Assembly (NCBI GenBank): GCA_051439505.1
Contig: JBFRWI010000072.1
Coordinates: 1 to 52,461 of the forward strand
Source: Hormoscilla sp.
GTDB taxonomy: Bacteria > Cyanobacteriota > Cyanobacteriia > Cyanobacteriales > Desertifilaceae
Length of the DNA stretch: 52,461 nt
Direction of reading: 5' to 3'
The position numbers and the translations under genes were made by a program. The notes beneath the pieces were generated by a model. The model worked only from the letters and a program-made list of their open reading frames with translations, was not told the origin of the DNA and did not search any database. Shown here one piece after another: positions 9,055-18,610 of this stretch; position 1 is the stretch's first letter; each line of letters opens with the position of its first letter.

Positions 9055-10191
9055 ATGGCAACGAATCACCTGTTAGAAATATCAGCCTACGGTCAGAGTA
9101 TCTGGATGGATAATCTCAGCCGCGATATCATTAAATCGGGCGAACTGAAAGAGATGACGGAAACGGGGGGTATTAAGGGGATTACCTCCAACCCGGCAAT
9201 CTTTGAGAAAGCAATCAAAGGTAACAAAATATACGATGAGGAGATCGAGGCAGGGATTCGCAAGGATAAATCGGTACTGGAGATTTACGAATCTCTGGTG
9301 TTTGATGATATCCGGGATGCCTGTGATGTGTTTATGCCAGTCTATGAGGCGACGAAGGGACTGGATGGTTACGTGAGTATTGAAGTGCCGCCGACAATAG
9401 CGAAAAATACGGAAACAACCCTGGCAGAAGCGCGGCGGTATAACCAGGCGATCGGGCGTCCGAACGTGATGATCAAGATTCCGGGAACGGCAGAAGGTTT
9501 GCCAGCAGTGGAAGGGGCGATCGGGGACGGAATTAATGTGAACATCACCCTCTTGTTCTCGGTGGAAAGCTACGTGCAGACAGCATGGGCTTATATTCGG
9601 GGCTTGGAGAAACGGGTAGCAGCAGGACAAGACATCAGTAAAATCGCTTCAGTAGCGAGTTTCTTCCTGAGTCGGATCGATACTAACATCGATAGCCAGA
9701 TAGATAAAATGTTGGCAGCAGCTACAGATGCAGAGTCCAAGGAAAAGCTGCTCTCGATCAAGGGGAAAGTGGCGATCGCCAATGCCAAAATTGCCTACCA
9801 GGAATACAAAAAGATTATCCAGAGCGATCGGTGGAAAGCCCTGTCGGCCAAAGGTGCCCAAGTGCAACGGCTGTTGTGGGCCAGCACCAGCACCAAAAAC
9901 CCCGAATACAGCGACGTGATGTACGTGGATGAACTGATCGGACCGGACACGGTCAACACCCTGCCCCCCACCACGATCGTAGCCTGCACGGACCACTGCC
10001 ACGTCGATAATCGGGTGGAAAATGACATAGACGCAGCCTACAAGTTGATGGAAACACTCAAGGAAGTAAACATCAACCTAGATGAAGTGATGGCCGAATT
10101 GCTGGAAGATGGGATTGACAAATTCGTCAAGCCCTTCGATACCCTGATGAAGTCCTTAGAAGACAAGGTGAAGCAGTTGGTGCCAGCATAG
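9055..10191 (+). CDS. tal: Transaldolase
   Basis: GITSNPAIF, MIKIPGT, NVNITLLFS, QRLLWAST; SD aggag before ATG 9055. Confidence 0.97.
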   Translation: MATNHLLEISAYGQSIWMDNLSRDIIKSGELKEMTETGGIKGITSNPAIFEKAIKGNKIYDEEIEAGIRKDKSVLEIYESLVFDDIRDACDVFMPVYEATKGLDGYVSIEVPPTIAKNTETTLAEARRYNQAIGRPNVMIKIPGTAEGLPAVEGAIGDGINVNITLLFSVESYVQTAWAYIRGLEKRVAAGQDISKIASVASFFLSRIDTNIDSQIDKMLAAATDAESKEKLLSIKGKVAIANAKIAYQEYKKIIQSDRWKALSAKGAQVQRLLWASTSTKNPEYSDVMYVDELIGPDTVNTLPPTTIVACTDHCHVDNRVENDIDAAYKLMETLKEVNINLDEVMAELLEDGIDKFVKPFDTLMKSLEDKVKQLVPA

Positions 10192-10235
10192 TTGGCAATA
10201 GTAGAATTGACGGGCAGGCGATCCGCGCCCGCCCT

Positions 10236-10446
10236 CAATACCTCTCGGTTAAGGATATAGGTTGTCATTGCGAGGGGGGGGTACATAGGGATTAACTTAT
10301 GCACCAATTGAGTTGACCCCCCCCCGAAGCAATCCCCCCGCCTCGTATGAGGTGAGATTGCTTCGGGGGGATCCGGGCGGTGAGCCCTAAATTATCGGTT
10401 TTGGTTTCCCCCCTCGCAATGACAGGTTGTATCCCTTGAAGTATTG
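10236..10446. mobile_element. MITE copy 3 between tal and zwf
   Basis: caatacctctcggttaag ... cccttgaagtattg; 10-bp TSD cgcccgccct (10226-10235, 10447-10456). Confidence 0.87.
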
Positions 10447-10510
10447 CGCCCGCCCTAGGTTTGACGGGCAGGCGATCCGCCCGCCCTAGGTATATTGACA
10501 AGGAAAAGAA

Positions 10511-12040
10511 ATGGTAACGCTACTGGAAAATCCCTTACGAGTGGGACTGCAACATGACCGGATCCCAGAACCACAAATTTTGGTAATCTTCGGTGCATCT
10601 GGAGATTTAACCCAGAGAAAACTCGTTCCCGCCATCTATCAGATGATGCTGGAACACAAACTGCCCCCAGAACTGACGATCGTGGGGGTGGCGCGACGAG
10701 ACTGGAGTCACGAATATTTCCGCGAACAGATGCGGATAGGAGTAGAAGAGTTTGGCGGCGGACTGGGTAGAGAAGAACTCTGGTCGCGATTTGCAAAAGG
10801 GCTATTCTATTGTTCTGGGGACATTGACAAACCCGAAAGCTATCAGAAACTGAAAGCATTCTTAGGTGAACTAGACGAACAACGAGGTACGCGAGGAAAT
10901 AGAGTATTTTACCTATCTGTGGCACCCAGATTCTTTGGAGAAGCTACCCAGCAACTGGGAAGTGCAGGAATGCTTCAAGATCCCAGAAAGCAGCGCCTAG
11001 TAATCGAAAAACCTTTTGGTCGAGACTTAGGATCGGCCCAAATGCTCAATCAGATCGTGCGTCAGGTATGTGCCGAAGAGCAGATTTACCGGATCGACCA
11101 TTACTTAGGCAAAGAAACGGTGCAGAATTTGTTGGTGTTTCGGTTTGCCAATGCGATTTTTGAACCTCTGTGGAATCGTCAGTTTGTCGAGCACGTACAA
11201 ATCACAGTGGCGGAAAAGGTAGGTCTAGAAGGGCGGGCAGGTTATTATGAATCCTCTGGGGCCCTGCGGGACATGGTGCAAAATCACCTGATGCAGTTGT
11301 TTTGTCTGACAGCAATGGAACCGCCGAACTCCTTAGATGCTGACAGCATTCGGGGTGAAAAGGTAAAAGTTGTCCAGGCCACGCACCTAGCAGATTTGGA
11401 AAATTTGGATCGATCGGCCATTAGGGGTCAATACACGGCGGGTTGGATGAACGGCAAGCAAGTGCCGGGCTACCGAGAAGAAGAGGGGGCGGATCCCAAT
11501 TCAACTACTCCCACTTATGCAGCGTTGAAGTTATATATAGATAATTGGCGCTGGAAGGGAGTGCCTTTCTACCTGCGGACGGGTAAGCGGATGCCCAAGA
11601 AGGTAACGGAAATCGCTATCCAATTCAAAGAGGTGCCCTATATGATGTTTCAGTCGGCGGCCAAGCAGATGAATGCGAATGTTTTGGCACTGCGAATTCA
11701 GCCCAATGAAGGGATTTCTATGCGGTTTGAAGTAAAAACTCCAGGCAATTCCCTGCGCACCCGATCGGTGGATATGGATTTTCGTTACGATACGGCTTTT
11801 GGTAAAGCAAACACGGATGCCTACAGTCGTCTGCTGATAGATTGCATGTTAGGAGACCAGACTCTATTCACCCGAGGAGATGAAGTGGAAGCTTCCTGGC
11901 GGGTACTCACTCCTCTGTTGGAAGTTTGGGATGCCCCGGCCCCTCCGGAAACGATTCCTCTTTATGAAGCAGGAACCTGGGAACCTGTGGAAGCAGAATT
12001 ACTGTTAAATCGAGATGGTCGGCGCTGGCGTAGACTTTAA
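10511..12040 (+). CDS. zwf: Glucose-6-phosphate 1-dehydrogenase
   Basis: [27 protein letters not shown]. Confidence 0.98.
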   Translation: MVTLLENPLRVGLQHDRIPEPQILVIFGASGDLTQRKLVPAIYQMMLEHKLPPELTIVGVARRDWSHEYFREQMRIGVEEFGGGLGREELWSRFAKGLFYCSGDIDKPESYQKLKAFLGELDEQRGTRGNRVFYLSVAPRFFGEATQQLGSAGMLQDPRKQRLVIEKPFGRDLGSAQMLNQIVRQVCAEEQIYRIDHYLGKETVQNLLVFRFANAIFEPLWNRQFVEHVQITVAEKVGLEGRAGYYESSGALRDMVQNHLMQLFCLTAMEPPNSLDADSIRGEKVKVVQATHLADLENLDRSAIRGQYTAGWMNGKQVPGYREEEGADPNSTTPTYAALKLYIDNWRWKGVPFYLRTGKRMPKKVTEIAIQFKEVPYMMFQSAAKQMNANVLALRIQPNEGISMRFEVKTPGNSLRTRSVDMDFRYDTAFGKANTDAYSRLLIDCMLGDQTLFTRGDEVEASWRVLTPLLEVWDAPAPPETIPLYEAGTWEPVEAELLLNRDGRRWRRL

Positions 12041-12103
12041 TAGCGAATAGAAAGGGTGGGCAATGCCCACCCTAGCAAATTAAGGAAAAAGGAAAATTAA
12101 AAA

Positions 12104-13432
12104 ATGACAGCAACTCCAATTGTTGCCCTGCAAAAACCAAAAGATATTTCCCTGGGAGAAATTGAGGCAGAATTGAGTAAAATATGGCTCAGGCAAAATA
12201 GCGGTAAAGCAAGTCCGGTTGCTACCAGGGCGGCGACATTTAGCATGGCGATCTATGAGCCAGAAGAATTTCAGCAATTGCTGGGAGCTTTGGGGTTTTA
12301 CGATGGCCCGATCGATGGCATTCACGGACCCAAGACCAAGGCAGCGGTAAAGCAAGCTCAAAGGGCTTACGGGCTGAGAGAAACGGGTTTAGTTGACCCG
12401 GAAACATTGGCAAAGTTACGGGAAAAGTTTGCCGAACAATCGTCGGAGTCGAAAGAAGTAGAAGTATCTAATCTGAACATGAGGGGATTTAGTATTAGTG
12501 ATGCGATCGCGTCCCAAAATCCCTGCCGGATCGTTACCCTTTGTCCGGAGTTAGGAGAAGATCGAGGGGTAACGGCACAGGTTTCCGCCTATTGCCCGAT
12601 ACAAAAAAGTAGCAACAACAGTCTGGTATGCTGTGAATACATCACCCTGCGAGGGACAAAAGAGGCTCTCGAAAGGGTAAGCGAGACAGTTTCGGAGCTG
12701 ATGATCCCGGATCTGCCCAAGTTTGTCTGGTGGAAGGCGACGCCTAATCCCGAACAGCCCTTGTTTAAGCATCTAGCCTCTAGTTGTAACTGTATGGTAA
12801 TGGACTCTTGCTACTTCAGCGATCCCGCTAGCGAGTTTCTGAAAATGCAGGAGTTAATTGAGTCCGAAACCTATGTTGCAGACCTGAATTGGCATCGACT
12901 GTCCGCTTGGCAAGAGTTGACGGCGGCGACTTTCGACCCGCCAGAACGTCGCGCGGCTTTAGTAGAAGTAGACCGGGTGACTATTGACTATCAGAAGGGG
13001 AATGCAGCCCAAGCGCTGATGTTTTTAGGTTGGCTAGCTAGTCGCCTGGGTTGGGAACCCGTATCTTACAGTTCCGAAGCTGGGGATTATGATATCATAC
13101 ATGTCAGGTTGAGGGGATCCCGCGCGATCGAAGCAGAATTAGCAGGAATTCCCACAGCGGACTGGGGAGAAATTCCCGGCGATATGGTAGGATTGCTTCT
13201 AGCTTCTACCAATACTGATGCTGATTGCTGCACGATTCTCTGTTCTGAAACCACAGGATGTATGCGGATGGAAGCTGGGGGAACTGCCCAGAAATGCCGC
13301 ACGGAACAGGTGACACCTTTGAGCAACCAAAAAGCCGAGTCGCTGATGTCTCAGCAATTAGAACGCTGGGGTCGGGATCTGCTTTATGAGGAAAGTCTGG
13401 CGGTGACGGCCCAGATTCTCAAATTGCGATAA
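12104..13432 (+). CDS. opcA: G6PDH assembly/activator protein OpcA
   Basis: Follows zwf; NPCRIVTLCP, VSAYCPI, CCEYITL, DLNWHRL; PG-binding-like insertion near the N terminus. Confidence 0.95.
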   Translation: MTATPIVALQKPKDISLGEIEAELSKIWLRQNSGKASPVATRAATFSMAIYEPEEFQQLLGALGFYDGPIDGIHGPKTKAAVKQAQRAYGLRETGLVDPETLAKLREKFAEQSSESKEVEVSNLNMRGFSISDAIASQNPCRIVTLCPELGEDRGVTAQVSAYCPIQKSSNNSLVCCEYITLRGTKEALERVSETVSELMIPDLPKFVWWKATPNPEQPLFKHLASSCNCMVMDSCYFSDPASEFLKMQELIESETYVADLNWHRLSAWQELTAATFDPPERRAALVEVDRVTIDYQKGNAAQALMFLGWLASRLGWEPVSYSSEAGDYDIIHVRLRGSRAIEAELAGIPTADWGEIPGDMVGLLLASTNTDADCCTILCSETTGCMRMEAGGTAQKCRTEQVTPLSNQKAESLMSQQLERWGRDLLYEESLAVTAQILKLR

Positions 13433-13440
13433 TGCAAACA

Positions 13441-13465
13441 GTAGAGTGGGCATTGCTCACTTTAC
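13441..13465. terminator. Hairpin between convergent opcA and PP2C genes (GTAG-type repeat or terminator)
   Basis: gtagagtgggca-t-tgctcactttac; related hairpins near 12053 and 21067. Confidence 0.45.
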
Positions 13466-13525
13466 TGGCGATCGGGGCATATGCGGGGGCGAACATTTTT
13501 TTGCCTGGGCGAACAACGCAATTGC

Positions 13526-15259
13526 TTAACAGTAGTAGTCTACATCGCATTTTAAGGCGAGAATAGTGGCGTTATCGCGGGCTCCTCTGGCCAAAACTCG
13601 CTGAATAGTTACCTCCACATTAGTTTGCAAAGACTGAGGGGTGGTAAAGATCTCCGCTAACTCATCTGCTGGTACTAAGTCCCACACGCCGTCCGAACAG
13701 AGTAGCAAGATATCGCCATGCTCTAGAGAAATGGAGAAATCGGCACCGAACTGGCTTAAATATTGTATGAAATCTTCACCTAATCGGCGTTTGGCTCCCA
13801 GACATTTGGTGAGCACGTTGCGATTGAGATTGCGCTTACTCTCTTCATAAGTAATTTCGCCACTGGCTAGCAGCATAGCTGTCAAAGAATGGTCTTCGCT
13901 TAACTGACAGATGCGATGGTTCCTTAACAAGAAGATGCGACTGTCTCCAATATGGGCGATCGCCAACTGCCGCCCGATCGCCCATACTAAACTCATGGTC
14001 GTGCCTCCATGTTCCACGCGATCGGCTATAGTTTCGTTGGCCTGTTGCACCAGAGATTCTAGCCATTCGACAGGTTCAAAGATACTGTTAAAATCGGTAG
14101 GAACTGCTGCTGACATGAATGTTTCGACAGCTAACTTGCTAGCTACCTCTCCTTGTTCCATGCCGCCCATGCCATCTGCGACCACTGCTAAAATCCCAGT
14201 ATCAGACCGATCGCTTGTTTGTTGTCGTACTTCCCGGACTCCATAGCTATCTTCATTAGACAGGCGATGTAGTCCCGTGGTTGAACGTCCGGCCACATGC
14301 CACTGCACTTGCGGTTTACTCAGTAATTGCCTGGTTTCTACCAACATGCTCAATAATTGAGACAGACTAAATCGCTGTGTACTCGTGGGAGAAAGACAAT
14401 TACTGAGAATTTGGTAGATCCGAGGGATAGATTTAATTTCGGGTTGCACTCCCTCATGCCAGTTAGGCAGTTGATGGTGAATCGATTGATACAGCAGAGC
14501 ACCTACCACATAAGTACACATCTGCTCGGTAATTGGACAACCTAAGCCAATTCCCGGAGGGCAGTAGTCTCCGATAATACCATAATCCAATTGTAATCCG
14601 GCGGGATAAGCCCCAGTCAAATCAAAAAATTGCACGGGCGTCCCCATCTGAATGAATTGGGGATATATTTGAATCAAGCACCATCCTTGGCTTAAAACAT
14701 ATCGCAACAGTTGGCACACCTGACTGGCGACTAATAATGACTGTTCTAAAGGATGTTCCTGAGTTAACCATGTTGCTAATGTCTGTTCTGCTGGGGGCAA
14801 ATAACTCAGCAAGAGAATCTTCTCAGCATCAGATTCCCCCATGATCTCTTTGGGCTGGAAAAATTCTGACTCTAAATATGCTGCTGATTCGGGGGCGAAA
14901 CTTGGCTCTGCTGCGGGCCCAGGATCGGATATAGTTACGAGGGCTTCCGTGCAGTAAGCTAGTAACTCTGATATCATTTGGTAATCGCCCAAAGTCTGCC
15001 GCAACTCCATTTCTCGGCTGAGACTGCCCCCCACTGAACCTACACGCAAAAGTCCTAATTGAGGTGCATCTGGCGGGTCAGATTCTGAGTGGATGTATAC
15101 TCGGAAGTAATGCACGTCCGCAGACTGTCCCAGATAAGATGCCACTTCTACTCGCCAGCTATTTATCTGAAAGCATACCCGTGCTTGAATAATTAAAACC
15201 TGCTCTCCATGGGGTATAACCAGAGTATCTTCTGTTTGGGATGATGTGATTGATGTCAT
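13526..15259 (-). CDS. Degenerate (pseudo)kinase-like domain fused to PP2C Ser/Thr phosphatase
   Basis: PP2C motifs NEDS, VADGMGG, HIGDSR, CSDGVWD, DNAT. The middle region follows Ser/Thr kinase C-lobe spacing but lacks HRD and DFG (QGWCLIQIYP, FFDLT, YCPPG). Confidence 0.88.
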   Translation of the reverse strand: MTSITSSQTEDTLVIPHGEQVLIIQARVCFQINSWRVEVASYLGQSADVHYFRVYIHSESDPPDAPQLGLLRVGSVGGSLSREMELRQTLGDYQMISELLAYCTEALVTISDPGPAAEPSFAPESAAYLESEFFQPKEIMGESDAEKILLLSYLPPAEQTLATWLTQEHPLEQSLLVASQVCQLLRYVLSQGWCLIQIYPQFIQMGTPVQFFDLTGAYPAGLQLDYGIIGDYCPPGIGLGCPITEQMCTYVVGALLYQSIHHQLPNWHEGVQPEIKSIPRIYQILSNCLSPTSTQRFSLSQLLSMLVETRQLLSKPQVQWHVAGRSTTGLHRLSNEDSYGVREVRQQTSDRSDTGILAVVADGMGGMEQGEVASKLAVETFMSAAVPTDFNSIFEPVEWLESLVQQANETIADRVEHGGTTMSLVWAIGRQLAIAHIGDSRIFLLRNHRICQLSEDHSLTAMLLASGEITYEESKRNLNRNVLTKCLGAKRRLGEDFIQYLSQFGADFSISLEHGDILLLCSDGVWDLVPADELAEIFTTPQSLQTNVEVTIQRVLARGARDNATILALKCDVDYYC

Positions 15260-15272
15260 ATTTTCCTGTTTT

Positions 15273-15899
15273 TTATGCTATTTGAAACAATAGGCGCACT
15301 TTCCCTATGGCAATTTCATCTCCAGGATTTAATCTGGACGGGGTAGTAATTTTCGGGCCAAAGCGAGGATGACCGGCAGGTTTAATGTAAATTCCATTGA
15401 TAGAATTAAAATCTTTGATCTGCCATTGTCCTTCCTCTAGGTAAATTTCTCCGTGATGGCGGGAGACTGTTTCCGATCCATAAAATCCCTCTAAGTCTAC
15501 CTCTACCGGACCCGTATCTGGATCGAACCGTCCGATAATTGCACTGCTGCTATCTAATATAAACTCGGGTACGGGGGAACCGGCTTGTTTGGGTATTAGT
15601 CTGGCCGTTGTCGGAGTCTTTGTCTCTGAGGTAATGACTGTCGGGGGAATATTATTTGTGGCTTCTGGATAGATGGGTGGTGGACTAGACTGAATAGAAG
15701 TGGGTTTTGAATAGATGGGTGCTGGAGAAGGCGGATAGATATTTATTGTTTCTTCTGTCTCTGGTTCTGGTGGGTTAAGGGGAGGGCTTGACGGAAATAC
15801 GTTGAGTGGTTTTTCTGACAATTCTGTGCCACAAGCTTCACAAAATTGGGAGCCCGATGGGTTGCGATCGTAGTTACAGGCCCCACAGGTAATCGTCAT
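15273..15899 (-). CDS. Double Zn-ribbon + Pro-rich linker + FHA domain protein
   Basis: CGAC..FCEACG; FHA motifs IGR, VSRHHG, DFNSING. Confidence 0.92.
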   Translation of the reverse strand: MTITCGACNYDRNPSGSQFCEACGTELSEKPLNVFPSSPPLNPPEPETEETINIYPPSPAPIYSKPTSIQSSPPPIYPEATNNIPPTVITSETKTPTTARLIPKQAGSPVPEFILDSSSAIIGRFDPDTGPVEVDLEGFYGSETVSRHHGEIYLEEGQWQIKDFNSINGIYIKPAGHPRFGPKITTPSRLNPGDEIAIGKVRLLFQIA

Positions 15900-16008
15900 T
15901 TACATTCCTCCTTGGGTATCTAAGTAATTCCGGAGCTTCGTTGTTATCCCGCTGTAGGTTGGGTTCAGCGGCAGTTTCAAGTCACAGGACTCTTGGGTTT
16001 CGTGAATT

Positions 16009-16045
16009 GACCACTTACAACTGACCACTTACAACTGACTACTTA
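16009..16045. repeat. 14-bp tandem repeat
   Basis: tgaccacttacaac, about 2.6 copies. Confidence 0.6.
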
Positions 16046-17398
16046 CGTTCCTGATGCTTTACGAATTTCCTCTTCCTCCAGATCGTTATTAATATCACTT
16101 GCCATTTTCACTGTTTTGCCCTTGGAGCCCATTTTAATAGTTCTGCGCGTCTGGGCAGAAATTTTCTGCGTGCGCCGCAACTCATCTTTCGCCACTACTA
16201 GAGAAGAAGCGATCGCGTCATTACCTATTTGTTTAGTGATGCGTCGGGCTGTTTCGAGCATTTCTGCGGCCCGCCGAGGGTTTTGGTCTGCCAGGCGGGT
16301 GGCAATATCGATCATCTGAACGATATTGCACTGCTGCATGTAGCCCATCACTTCGGGATCGACCTGGGCGGTAAAATTAGCACCTGCCATAAATTGTACC
16401 ACCAAATTCTGGGGCTGTAGTTCGCCCCGTTGATTTTTTCCGGGGATATCATAGGTCAAGCCCAACTGAGCTATGCGCACCCGGGAGGCTACATGACTTT
16501 CTATGGTAAACTCTAGGATAAATACCGTGTCATCATTTGCCCAGGCGTTACCTATAGGGAATGGTTCTCGGTCTAAAAGAAATTCTGCCTGTCCGGGATA
16601 GGCCCGCACCACCCGAGTCAGTTTCACCCCTTTGATGGTTTTCACTGTTAAGGCGAGGTTGGCGATCGCTTCTTGTTGAGCTTGCAAGAATTCTGCTAGG
16701 ATCTGGTCGGGCAGGTCGGCAATTGCAATAGTAGCACTGCCATAGTTTTTGGTAACTACATGTAAGGGGCGTCCCCCCGTCACGTCGCTGAGATAATTCA
16801 GCAGGTCTTCATTAAAGTCTCCCATTCCCAGGGCGGTAATGGGGATATTTTGGCGAGCAAATTCTCCTGCTAATTCTCGACATTGGTCTTCATCGCAGGT
16901 TTGACCGTCGGTAAATAGTAAAGCCCTCCGACAGGTCATGTTTAGATCTGATAGCATAGTCAGGGCTTGCTGCATCCCCAGTCCCATGCGGGTGCCCCCG
17001 GAAAATTCTCCCAGCCGGGCGATCGTACTTTTGGGGACTGCCGTTGCTGCTGTTAGTCCGATGATGCTAGAAGCATTGTCATCAAATTGGATCAGGGCCA
17101 GGCGATCGCTTGCCGTCAGCTTTCCCGAGTCCAGCAGGTTTTCTAAGGATGCGATCGCGATCTCCCGTTTCGTCTTTCCCCCCGGGACTTCCTGCCATGT
17201 TTTCCCCGTCTGTTTTGGGTCGCCGACCACCACTTCATCCATAGAACTGCTAGTATCTATTATCAAAGCCAAGGCCGTGGATGGCCGCGTCGCCGCTGCT
17301 TCTTTAGTCGGTCGCAGCTTCAGCATCACGAACAGCTTTTGTTCCGGGCGATCGGCTGGCAGAAACTCGCGGTGGGGGGTTATAGTTACATTTAACAT
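16043..17398 (-). CDS. Cytoplasmic vWA domain protein
   Basis: MIDAS IDTSSSM, GGT, LFTDG; C-terminal Ig-like and helical extension. Confidence 0.9.
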   Translation of the reverse strand: MLNVTITPHREFLPADRPEQKLFVMLKLRPTKEAAATRPSTALALIIDTSSSMDEVVVGDPKQTGKTWQEVPGGKTKREIAIASLENLLDSGKLTASDRLALIQFDDNASSIIGLTAATAVPKSTIARLGEFSGGTRMGLGMQQALTMLSDLNMTCRRALLFTDGQTCDEDQCRELAGEFARQNIPITALGMGDFNEDLLNYLSDVTGGRPLHVVTKNYGSATIAIADLPDQILAEFLQAQQEAIANLALTVKTIKGVKLTRVVRAYPGQAEFLLDREPFPIGNAWANDDTVFILEFTIESHVASRVRIAQLGLTYDIPGKNQRGELQPQNLVVQFMAGANFTAQVDPEVMGYMQQCNIVQMIDIATRLADQNPRRAAEMLETARRITKQIGNDAIASSLVVAKDELRRTQKISAQTRRTIKMGSKGKTVKMASDINNDLEEEEIRKASGT

Positions 17399-17410
17399 CT
17401 TTGCACGTCC

Positions 17411-17788
17411 TCAAGCAAAATCCAATGGGGGTAGGGCACCTATGAGGGGTTCTACCTCAGATATCTCTGGGTAAATTATACCCGGTATTTCTTGATTTCC
17501 TGATTCTTGGAGATTTTCCATATTCGCCTCACTCATTAGGGGTAAATCCAGAGTCAGTTCGCTATGACGGTATCCTTCTTTGATATCTTCGATCCAACTT
17601 GTCACAATCCGCCGGAGATGGCTGTCATTTATTCTACAGGCGCTTTGTCTTTGCAGTTCCCCTCTGATTTTCTCACATTCTGCTTGGGTAAAGTACCTTT
17701 CTGGCCGATCCTCCTGAGTTTTTTGCAGGTCGATCGCCCATTCATATTTCTCCTGGCCTACCTTAAGATTAAAAGTATATTTTACCAT
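17411..17788 (-). CDS. Hypothetical protein (125 aa)
   Basis: Tightly coupled to its neighbours (1-bp overlap with the HEPN stop, 12 bp to vWA). Confidence 0.75.
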   Translation of the reverse strand: MVKYTFNLKVGQEKYEWAIDLQKTQEDRPERYFTQAECEKIRGELQRQSACRINDSHLRRIVTSWIEDIKEGYRHSELTLDLPLMSEANMENLQESGNQEIPGIIYPEISEVEPLIGALPPLDFA

Positions 17789-18264
17789 CAGGGATTAATT
17801 TGAAAGACTTGCTTGATAAAATTTTCCACATCCTGGGCTAGACTGGGACGGAGGATGCGGGCTTTATCTAAATTTATTGCCAATTTATCGTAATCTATAT
17901 TCACTCCATAGGCATGACGAAAGAAATGTCTAAACCCCCGCATGTTATTCATATTTAGATAACTTGACTCTGATAATAACCGGGGGCGAATGCCCGGAAT
18001 ATATTGAGTCATTCGTTGTAACAAGGCACTTCTGCCTAGGGCCGTATCTGTGATTTGATTTTCAAAATGTGCTGCCACTATTTTCAACAAGTCCTCTACA
18101 GCATTGTAAAGATTGTGAATTTGATAGGCGACACTCTCCATTATCGCCGGTTCATCGGGAGTTAGCCCGATCGCGCGTTCCTCTAGTTTAGCAAAGATCT
18201 TGTCTATCAGAGTCATTTGTCCTTGAATCTCAGTCTGGAGAACCGTCAGGGCATTTTTGTCCAT
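17788..18264 (-). CDS. HEPN RNase toxin (HepT-like)
   Basis: HNLYNAVEDL and the RX4HXY motif RHFFRHAY; likely start ATG 18264 (MDKNAL). Confidence 0.88.
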   Translation of the reverse strand: MDKNALTVLQTEIQGQMTLIDKIFAKLEERAIGLTPDEPAIMESVAYQIHNLYNAVEDLLKIVAAHFENQITDTALGRSALLQRMTQYIPGIRPRLLSESSYLNMNNMRGFRHFFRHAYGVNIDYDKLAINLDKARILRPSLAQDVENFIKQVFQINP

Positions 18265-18597
18265 AATATTCCTGTTTCGCGGATGCGGTGGGCAAAGTGA
18301 CATTGGTCTAGCTTAATTAAGTCTACCTCTGGAGCCTAGGGCTGTTACTAACAAGCTAATAACAGTAAAAAATTCCTCTGGATATATCTGTTCGACAGCG
18401 ATGTCTACATCGGATGTTTCCGTAAAGCGATCGGGCCTGGTGAGGGAACCAAAGATGTAGGCCCTGCCAATGCCATACTGACTGCCATAGTCATCTAACC
18501 ACTGTTTGACCTGGGCCAGCAATGTTTGCCGTTCCTGTTCTCGTCGATCGCGCTTGGACCGGATAATTTCATCCAGCAGATCGGTGTTAAATGACAT
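18246..18597 (-). pseudogene. MNT nucleotidyltransferase antitoxin, frameshifted
   Basis: IFGS..SDVDIAV motif. The frame stops at 18313, but the expected tail EVDLIKLDQCHFAHRIRETGILWTKMP* continues in another frame to 18246 (span 352 = 3n+1). Confidence 0.8.
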
Positions 18598-18610
18598 TTA
18601 TTATTCTCCA

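Noticed and set aside
12280..12430. Peptidoglycan-binding-like segment in OpcA as a novelty
   Set aside because: To my knowledge this is common in OpcA of filamentous cyanobacteria.
9082..17474. Long antisense ORFs (9082-9630, 10455-10925, 16938-17474 and similar)
   Set aside because: They are shadows of well-supported genes on the opposite strand and have no motifs.
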